Shown: positions 1 to 4,577 of the stretch, one piece after another
How positions within the stretch are numbered: position 1 is the stretch's first letter
Layout of the letters: the number at the start of each line of letters is the position of its first letter
Virus record (IMG/VR): IMGVR_UViG_2734482598_000009
From: a virus
Lineage: Duplodnaviria > Heunggongvirae > Uroviricota > Caudoviricetes
DNA length: 6,484 nucleotides
Reading direction: 5' to 3' (one strand)
Translations under genes and position numbers: made by a program
Notes under the pieces: generated by a model
What the model saw: only the letters and a program-made list of their open reading frames with translations
Database searches by the model: none
What the model was told of the DNA's origin: nothing

Positions 1-107
1 CTCTCGTCTGGGGAATATCTCCCCGGCAGCCTTCAGGGAAAAATATCATCAGATGGCTGCTTAAAAAAAGAACAAATGGTAGTGTCCGCTATTGCCAGTA
101 CACCTCA
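1..107. repeat. Left copy of a 107-bp perfect terminal inverted repeat (partner 6378-6484)
   Basis: Bases 1-107 are the exact reverse complement of 6378-6484; the match ends at 108/6377. The repeat covers the upstream region and first 11 codons of the 76..306 ORF. Confidence 0.9.
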
Positions 108-306
108 TCCATCACCGAAAAAAATTGGCTTTTACACCATTGGCGATAAAAGCATTTACCTGTATGACCTACGCCGCATGGATGAAATCATGGAGGCTCT
201 TGATAATCGTTCGTCGATGGATTGGTGTGTTGCTGTTCATGATATGAATGCAGGGTTTGATGAAAAGATTTTGTTCCCCTCATCAGTTGAAAGCACTGCG
301 GGTTAA
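76..306 (+). CDS. Hypothetical protein, possibly 5'-truncated by the window edge
   Basis: ATG at 76 but no Shine-Dalgarno sequence upstream, and the frame has no stop between base 1 and 75, so the gene may start upstream of the window. Stop TAA at 304-306. No family recognised. Confidence 0.4.
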   Translation: MVVSAIASTPHPSPKKIGFYTIGDKSIYLYDLRRMDEIMEALDNRSSMDWCVAVHDMNAGFDEKILFPSSVESTAG

Positions 307-316
307 GGAGTAACAC

Positions 317-484
317 ATGACCACTATTACCAAAGAACGTATTGAATTGTTCATTAAAAACCCGCTTGAAAACGGGCTTACCCGTGGTGAACAAATGGAA
401 CTGGCACGGATTGCGCTGGCATCGCTGGAAGCAGAGCCGGTTGTGTTCTGGTTTGAAAAATATCAAGAAGGGGCTACGGCATGA
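317..484 (+). CDS. Small hypothetical protein (55 aa), first gene of a translationally coupled trio
   Basis: Strong RBS AAGGAG at 305-310, ATG at 317. Stop TGA 482-484 overlaps the next start (ATGA). Not in the supplied ORF track because it is under 60 aa. Shares the motifs MTT.T.E and IAL(A/V)SL(E/A)AEP with the next ORF. Confidence 0.55.
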   Translation: MTTITKERIELFIKNPLENGLTRGEQMELARIALASLEAEPVVFWFEKYQEGATA

Positions 485-825
485 CGACTTTTACCAGAGA
501 GCAGTTAATAGCTCACGCAGAGGAGACTATTGAAGCACAGAGACTGTGCATACCGGGCACAATCGACCATGACATCATCCGCACATATAAGATGGATATT
601 GCTGTTCTGGAAATCGCACTGGTATCGCTGGCAGCAGAGCCAGCCGGTAAATTGCATGAATACAAACCAGTGGGATATCAGCGTCTGGTCGATGAGTTAA
701 CCATGCTGGTAAAGCAGTTAACCTGGCAACTGAGGAAAGCGAAGCCAGACTGCAAATTACCGGATAAGGCGATGAGTTATCTGGAGCGGAACGGACTGAT
801 AAGCGTGGAGGATATTTTACGATGA
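481..825 (+). CDS. Hypothetical protein (114 aa), N-terminal region paralogous to the upstream 55-aa ORF
   Basis: ATG at 481 overlaps the upstream stop (ATGA). [10 protein letters not shown] here matches [10 protein letters not shown] in the 55-aa ORF. Stop TGA 823-825 overlaps the next ATG. Confidence 0.6.
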   Translation: MTTFTREQLIAHAEETIEAQRLCIPGTIDHDIIRTYKMDIAVLEIALVSLAAEPAGKLHEYKPVGYQRLVDELTMLVKQLTWQLRKAKPDCKLPDKAMSYLERNGLISVEDILR

Positions 826-905
826 CCTGGCCTGAAGCATTAACAACGGTAGGAATTGCGATGGCGGTGGCGCTGGTGGTGTATTCGATTTGCCGCTGGG
901 GATAA
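822..905 (+). CDS. Small hydrophobic peptide (27 aa, [27 protein letters not shown]), putative single-pass membrane peptide
   Basis: RBS GGAGGA at 806-811, ATG at 822 overlapping the upstream TGA (ATGA), stop TAA 903-905. One hydrophobic stretch of about 18 residues. Very short, so coding status is uncertain. Confidence 0.35.
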   Translation: MTWPEALTTVGIAMAVALVVYSICRWG

Positions 906-912
906 AAACGGT

Positions 913-940
913 TTGCGGGAAAAGGAGAGTTAAGTAGAAT
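913..940 (+). promoter_or_regulatory. Candidate sigma70 promoter for the hok mRNA (TTGCGG, 16-nt spacer, TAGAAT)
   Basis: -35 TTGCGG at 913-918 and -10 TAGAAT at 935-940. The predicted start near 947 coincides with the 5' element that is complementary to the mRNA 3' end. Confidence 0.4.
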
Positions 941-1059
941 TGCAGCGGGTGCTTGAGGCTATCTGTCTCAGGCATGAACACCAAAAGGCAGATAGAGAAA
1001 AGCCCCAGTTAACATTACGCGTCCGGCAAGACGCTTAACATTAATCTGAGGCTCAATCT

Positions 1060-1272
1060 ATGAACGGCAAATCTAGGTTAGCCTCTTACGTGCCGAAAGG
1101 CAAGGAGAAGCAGGCTATGAAGCAGCAAAAGGCGATGTTAATCGCCCTGATCGTCATCTGTTTAACCGTCATAGTGACGGCACTGGTAACGAGGAAAGAC
1201 CTCTGCGAGGTACGAATTCGAACCGGCCAGACGGAGGTCGCTGTCTTCACAGCTTACGAACCTGAGGAGTAA
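1060..1272 (+). CDS. Mok-like reading frame (N-terminally extended, in frame with hok, shared stop)
   Basis: ATG at 1060 with GAGG 8 nt upstream; 70-aa ORF whose last 51 codons are the Hok toxin. In-frame mok/hok arrangement with shared stop is recalled from chromosomal hok loci. Confidence 0.5.
   Translation: MNGKSRLASYVPKGKEKQAMKQQKAMLIALIVICLTVIVTALVTRKDLCEVRIRTGQTEVAVFTAYEPEE
1117..1272 (+). CDS. hokD: Hok/Gef-family type I toxin (51 aa), most like HokD/RelF
   Basis: MKQQKAMLIALIVICLTVIVTALVTRKDLCEVRIRTGQTEVAVFTAYEPEE carries the Hok hallmark (hydrophobic TM helix, TRK.LCE, conserved EV.AF.AYE). RBS AAGGAG at 1102-1107 with 9-nt spacing to ATG 1117. The hokD name is from recalled sequence. 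Confidence 0.85.
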   Translation: MKQQKAMLIALIVICLTVIVTALVTRKDLCEVRIRTGQTEVAVFTAYEPEE

Positions 1273-1321
1273 GAGACCAGGCGGGGGAGAAATCCCTCGC
1301 CACCTCTGATGGGTCAGGCAT

Positions 1322-1334
1322 CCTCAATGCACCC
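1322..1334 (+). promoter_or_regulatory. fbi-like 3' element of hok mRNA, complementary to the 5' end (947-958)
   Basis: 947-958 GGGTGCTTGAGG pairs antiparallel with 1322-1334 CCTCAATGCACCC as 6 bp + 1-nt bulge + 6 bp. This matches the fold-back (tac/fbi) architecture known for hok mRNAs. Confidence 0.45.
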
Positions 1335-1341
1335 ACACTTA

Positions 1342-1367
1342 ACCCGCTTCGGCGGGTTTTTGTTTTT
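1342..1367 (+). terminator. Intrinsic terminator of the hok transcript
   Basis: 6-bp stem ACCCGC/GCGGGT with a TTCG tetraloop (1342-1357), followed by TTTTTGTTTTT. Confidence 0.75.
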
Positions 1368-1492
1368 ATTTTCAACGCGTTTGAAGTTTTAGATGGTGCC
1401 GGAATAGAATCAAAAATACTTAAGTAGCGCGCAGGGAGAAGAGGGATGGACCCCGAACAGGGGAGTGCTATTTATCTGGAAGGATTCTGTTG

Positions 1493-1774
1493 ATGAAAAT
1501 CGAAGAATTACGTGAAATTTTTAGTGAAGATGGCCTCTATACTGTGCGCGTTGAGAATGGCGCTATTGTCAGCCACTGCCTTCCAGACTACACAATTCTG
1601 ATAATTCAGCCGTCTTTGCCAGCAGGCACGGGCGGCGCTCTCACGCATTTAAATCTGATTGGTACCAGCATCCCCCATGCACTGAAGAACAGGCCGAATG
1701 GCTCATTCAGTGTTACCGCAGGCGCGGATGCGAGGTTAAAAAAGCCCTTAGCCTCGACTACCGTCACTGGATAA
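1493..1774 (+). CDS. Rem-like small protein (positional analogue of Qin rem); probable frameshift into the alternative frame that ends at 1848
   Basis: RBS GGAAGGA at 1478-1484, ATG at 1493 (the ORF track starts at TTG 1490). The N-terminal ~50 residues look protein-like and the rest is low-complexity. A second frame, open 1555-1848 with no start codon, encodes a protein-like sequence and stops at TAA 1846-1848 beside the next gene's RBS and start. Confidence 0.4.
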   Translation: MKIEELREIFSEDGLYTVRVENGAIVSHCLPDYTILIIQPSLPAGTGGALTHLNLIGTSIPHALKNRPNGSFSVTAGADARLKKPLASTTVTG

Positions 1775-1849
1775 TCTCCGTCAGGCTCCCTTACTCCGAA
1801 CGGCCAACGCGTCCGTCCCGCACATTCCAGCAACGGATCTGGAGGTAAT

Positions 1850-2908
1850 GTGCGGGTATTACTTCGACCTGTTCTGGTACCGGAACTCGGTCTGGTTATC
1901 GTTAAGCCAGGCCGTGAATCAATGTCAGCATTCCATAACGGCAGAATACTGGTGGAGCCGGAACCAAAAAGCATGCGTAATCTGCCGTCCGGGGTCGTTC
2001 CTGCCGCTCGCCAGCCGCTGGTGGAAGACAAAACATTGCTGCCGTTTTTCAGTAACGCACGGGTGATTCGTGCTGCTGGTGGTGCTGGTGCATTGTCTGA
2101 CTGGCTGTTGCGCCATATTAAATCCTGCCAGTGGCCACACGGCGATTATCATCACAGCGAAACCGTCATTCACCGTTATGGTACCGGCGCAATGGTGTTG
2201 TGCTGGCACTGCGACAACCAGCTGCGTGACCAGACATCCGAATCACTCGAGCAACTTGCTCATCAAAACCTGTCAGCATGGATGATTGACGTCATCGGTC
2301 ACGCAATAAGCGGTACGCAGGAGCGTGAATTATCTCTGGCTGAATTATCCTGGTGGGCGGTCCGCAATCAGGTGGCGGACGCGCTACCGGAAGCGGTATT
2401 ACGTCGTTCGCTGGGGTTGCGTGCGGAAAAAATTCGCTCTGTGTACAGTGAAAGCGACATCATACCGGGAGAGCAGACAGCCACCAGCATACTGAAGCAG
2501 CGCACAAAAAATATTGCGTTACTGCCTCACGTCCACCAGCAACAGAACCCACCACAGGAAAAGACGGTGGTCAGCATTGCCGTTGATCCGGAGTCACCGG
2601 CTCAGTATCTCCAGCGCCAGAAATCACAACGGGAAGAGATGCCTGTATACACGCGCTGGGTAAAAACGCAGAAATGCATGACGTGTGGCAATCAGGCAGA
2701 TGATCCGCATCACATCATTGGTCATGGACTGGGAGGGATGGGAACAAAGGCTGATGATTTGTTTGTTATTCCGTTATGCCGTAAATGCCGTAACGAACTA
2801 CATGCCGGAGTAAAAGATTTTGAAGAGAAACACGGCAGTCAGCTGTTGTTGCTGATTCGTTTTTTAATGCACGCGAGAAATTCGGGTGTTCTGAAGTGGA
2901 AAGCATAA
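1850..2908 (+). CDS. DUF968-family prophage protein (YdfU-like) with a C-terminal HNH-like Cys/His motif
   Basis: 352-aa ORF from GTG 1850 with GGAGG at 1841-1845 (alternative ATG at 1922). C-terminus CMTCGNQADDPHHIIGHGLGG...LCRKCRNELH has CxxC...HH...CxxC...H. Sits immediately upstream of rusA, as ydfU-like genes do in lambdoid nin regions. Family call is from memory. Confidence 0.75.
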   Translation: MRVLLRPVLVPELGLVIVKPGRESMSAFHNGRILVEPEPKSMRNLPSGVVPAARQPLVEDKTLLPFFSNARVIRAAGGAGALSDWLLRHIKSCQWPHGDYHHSETVIHRYGTGAMVLCWHCDNQLRDQTSESLEQLAHQNLSAWMIDVIGHAISGTQERELSLAELSWWAVRNQVADALPEAVLRRSLGLRAEKIRSVYSESDIIPGEQTATSILKQRTKNIALLPHVHQQQNPPQEKTVVSIAVDPESPAQYLQRQKSQREEMPVYTRWVKTQKCMTCGNQADDPHHIIGHGLGGMGTKADDLFVIPLCRKCRNELHAGVKDFEEKHGSQLLLLIRFLMHARNSGVLKWKA

Positions 2909-3289
2909 ATGACCGAGCGCATAGAATTTGTTTTACCTTACCCGCCGACGGTGAACACTTACTGGCGTCGTCGTGGCAGCACATATTTTGTATCAAAAGC
3001 CGGGGAGCGTTATCGCCGGGCAGTGGCGCTTATTGTTCGCCAGCAGCGGCTGAAATTAAGCCTGTCCGGAAGGTTGGCAATAAAAATTATTGCAGAACCA
3101 CCGGATAAGCGCCGCCGTGACCTGGACAATATTCTGAAAGCGCCGCTGGATGCGCTGACGCATGCGGGGTTGCTAATGGACGATGAGCAGTTTGATGAAA
3201 TCAATATCGTTCGTGCTCAGCCAGTATCTGGTGGACGTCTGGGGGTGAAGATTTATCCCATAATGCTTGAAGGGCAGGTCAAAAAATGA
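2909..3289 (+). CDS. rusA: Crossover junction endodeoxyribonuclease RusA (Holliday junction resolvase)
   Basis: 126-aa product with PDKRRRDLDNILKAPLDALTHAGLLMDDEQF, matching the RusA catalytic core (PDRRRRDLDN...DALT.AG...DD). Start ATG 2909 directly follows the upstream TAA, and stop TGA 3287-3289 overlaps the next ATG. Confidence 0.9.
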   Translation: MTERIEFVLPYPPTVNTYWRRRGSTYFVSKAGERYRRAVALIVRQQRLKLSLSGRLAIKIIAEPPDKRRRDLDNILKAPLDALTHAGLLMDDEQFDEINIVRAQPVSGGRLGVKIYPIMLEGQVKK

Positions 3290-4005
3290 AACTGGAAGAT
3301 TTACCGNNNNNNNNNNNNNNNNNNNNNNNNNNNNNNNNNNNNNNNNNNNNNNNNNNNNNNNNNNNNNNNNNNNNNNNNNNNNNNNNNNNNNNNNNNNNNN
3401 NNNNNNNNNNNNNNNNNNNNNNNNNNNNNNNNNNNNNNNNNNNNNNNGCAGAAATAAAACCGGCAGTGATGCGTATTATGGCTTCGTATGCGTTTGAAGA
3501 TTATGCCCGTAGCGCGGCGAGCAAAAAACAGTGCCCCTGCTGTCACGGAAAAAAATTTATTGAAAGCGAGGTTTTTACAAACAAGATCCAGTATCCGGAT
3601 GGTAAGCCGCCGGTATGGGCAAAGTGTACGAAAGGTGTGTATCCGTCTTACTGGGAAGAATGGAAAAAAGTCAGGGAGGTGGTAAAAGTTGCCTGTCCGG
3701 AGTGTGGCGGAAAGGGTGAGGTTTCCACCGCCTGTAAGGATTGCCGTGGGCGTGGTGTCGCCATTCATCGTGAAGAGTCGGTAAAACGTGGTATGCCTGT
3801 TATCAGAGACTGCCAGCGTTGTGGTGGTCGTGGCTATGAAAGACTACCATCAACGGAGGCATTTAATGCTATATGCGAGGTGACAAACCAGATAACACGC
3901 GCGTCATGGGAAAAAACAGTTAAGAAATTTTATGATGCGCTGGTGACCCGGTTTGATATTGAAGAAGCATGGGCTGAGCGGCAGTTAAAAAAGGTAACTA
4001 GGTAA
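3286..4005 (+). CDS. Late antitermination protein Q (QuuQ-like) with four CxxCxGxG zinc-finger repeats; N-terminal part masked by Ns
   Basis: Lies between rusA and a PR'-like promoter. Contains CPCCHGKK, CPECGGKG, CKDCRGRG and CQRCGGRG. Frame is continuous across the 141-nt N-run (47 codons). Call is positional plus motif; 47 residues are unseen. Confidence 0.65.
   Translation: MKLEDLPXXXXXXXXXXXXXXXXXXXXXXXXXXXXXXXXXXXXXXXXXXXXXXXAEIKPAVMRIMASYAFEDYARSAASKKQCPCCHGKKFIESEVFTNKIQYPDGKPPVWAKCTKGVYPSYWEEWKKVREVVKVACPECGGKGEVSTACKDCRGRGVAIHREESVKRGMPVIRDCQRCGGRGYERLPSTEAFNAICEVTNQITRASWEKTVKKFYDALVTRFDIEEAWAERQLKKVTR
3307..3447. other. 141-nt run of N (masked or unsequenced) inside the Q gene
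   Basis: Literal N characters. Length is a multiple of 3 and the flanking frame is preserved. Confidence 0.95.
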
Positions 4006-4010
4006 CAAGG

Positions 4011-4050
4011 TTGATTTTTCCGGAATCTGTGGTAAATTCGTCATAACGAT
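4011..4050 (+). promoter_or_regulatory. PR'-like late promoter with promoter-proximal sigma70 pause element (qut-type region)
   Basis: -35 TTGATT 4011-4016; extended -10 TGgTAAATT 4030-4038; then CGTCAT followed by AACGATGGG (4045-4053). This parallels lambda PR' TAAATT-TGACTC-AACGATGGG (lambda sequence from memory). Starts 6 nt after the Q stop. Confidence 0.7.
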
Positions 4051-4086
4051 GGGCGTTTTATGCCTGACGTTAGAAGAGTTTCTACA

Positions 4087-4109
4087 ACCCGCCGCCGAGC
4101 GGGTTTTTT
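4087..4109 (+). terminator. Intrinsic terminator downstream of PR' (tR'-like)
   Basis: Stem CCCGC/GCGGG (4088-4092 / 4099-4103) with 6-nt loop, followed by TTTTTT 4104-4109. Confidence 0.6.
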
Positions 4110-4229
4110 ATGACTGAAATCGCGTCAGTACAGTAAACGCGCTGGTGGCGGTGAATACCTGTCTTTCAGCTTGCTGGCTTTTTCGACAAGAGTTATTGGT
4201 GTGTCACGTTAACCGGAAAAGGAAAAGAC

Positions 4230-4427
4230 ATGCTAAAACAGCAGGATATGACAGAAACCGCCAGAGTGGTGTTTAATGAATTAAGCGTTACCGAACCGGC
4301 GACAGTCGGGGAGATAGCGCAGAATACTTACCTTTCACGCGAACGCTGCCAGTTAATACTGACCCAGCTGGTTATGGCGGGTCTGGCAGACTATCAGTTC
4401 GGTTGTTACAGACGCCTTCCGCAGTGA
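4230..4427 (+). CDS. Small helix-turn-helix protein (65 aa), possibly winged-helix PapI/FaeA-like
   Basis: RBS AAAGGAAAAG at 4218-4227, ATG 4230. TVGEIAQNTYLSRERCQLILTQLVMAGL has an HTH pattern. Family assignment is tentative. Confidence 0.55.
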   Translation: MLKQQDMTETARVVFNELSVTEPATVGEIAQNTYLSRERCQLILTQLVMAGLADYQFGCYRRLPQ

Positions 4428-4437
4428 AGGCTTTTTT
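4414..4437 (+). terminator. Intrinsic terminator overlapping the stop of the HTH ORF
   Basis: Stem GCCTTC/GAAGGC (4414-4419 / 4426-4431) with 6-nt loop, then TTTTTT 4432-4437. Confidence 0.6.
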
Positions 4438-4454
4438 ATTTGTGGTAAATGGGC

Positions 4455-4485
4455 GGCTGGTGGGTGTTAGGGGCACCCACCAGCC
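4455..4485. promoter_or_regulatory. Perfect 12-bp inverted repeat separated by 7 bp (GGCTGGTGGGTG-ttagggg-CACCCACCAGCC); candidate operator or RNA hairpin
   Basis: Exact complementarity of 4455-4466 with 4474-4485. No U-tract on either strand, so it is not a canonical terminator. Lies between the HTH ORF and the methyltransferase. Confidence 0.6.
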
Positions 4486-4577
4486 ATCTGCTCATGCGTT
4501 GGGTTCACAAGCAAACCTCAGGCCCACTGCTTTGCGCAAAAGCAGAATGAGCCTATCAGAGACAGGCTTAATGATCC

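Noticed and set aside
188-466. Minus-strand 92-aa ORF
   Set aside because: Antisense to the 76..306 and 317..484 ORFs, with no RBS and an implausible composition (His/Gln/Phe-rich). Judged a shadow ORF.
342-533. Plus-strand 63-aa ORF ([10 protein letters not shown]...)
   Set aside because: Out-of-frame overlap of the RBS-supported 317..484 and 481..825 ORFs; Trp/Arg-rich junk-like sequence.
1040-1140. Sok-like antisense promoter on the minus strand near the mok start
   Set aside because: Only weak -35/-10 candidates (TTGCCT-17-TAACCT and TTGCCG-17-AGATTA) and no clear minus-strand terminator. An antisense RNA is expected biologically, but I could not support specific coordinates.
1606-2031. 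Minus-strand 141-aa ORF
   Set aside because: Low-complexity Gly/Ser/Thr/Arg/Pro-rich translation antisense to the rem-like and DUF968 genes. Typical shadow ORF in GC-rich coding sequence.
2068-2090. Short tandem GCTGGTG-type microrepeat
   Set aside because: Lies within the DUF968 coding sequence and simply encodes an Ala/Gly-rich stretch; too short and imperfect to be a meaningful repeat element.
1848-2285. Plus-strand ORFs 1848..2066 (72 aa) and 2070..2285 (71 aa), and minus-strand ORF 1925..2209
   Set aside because: All lie inside the DUF968 gene in other frames, with Cys/Trp-rich non-protein-like sequences.
2766-3204. Minus-strand ORFs 2766..2996 and 3010..3204, and plus-strand ORF 2896..3108
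   Set aside because: They overlap the confidently assigned DUF968 and rusA genes, out of frame or antisense.
3267-3768. ORFs 3267..3497 (+), 3301..3768 (-) and 3488..3685 (+)
   Set aside because: Their length is mostly created by the N-run, which cannot contain stops, or they are out-of-frame within the Q gene.
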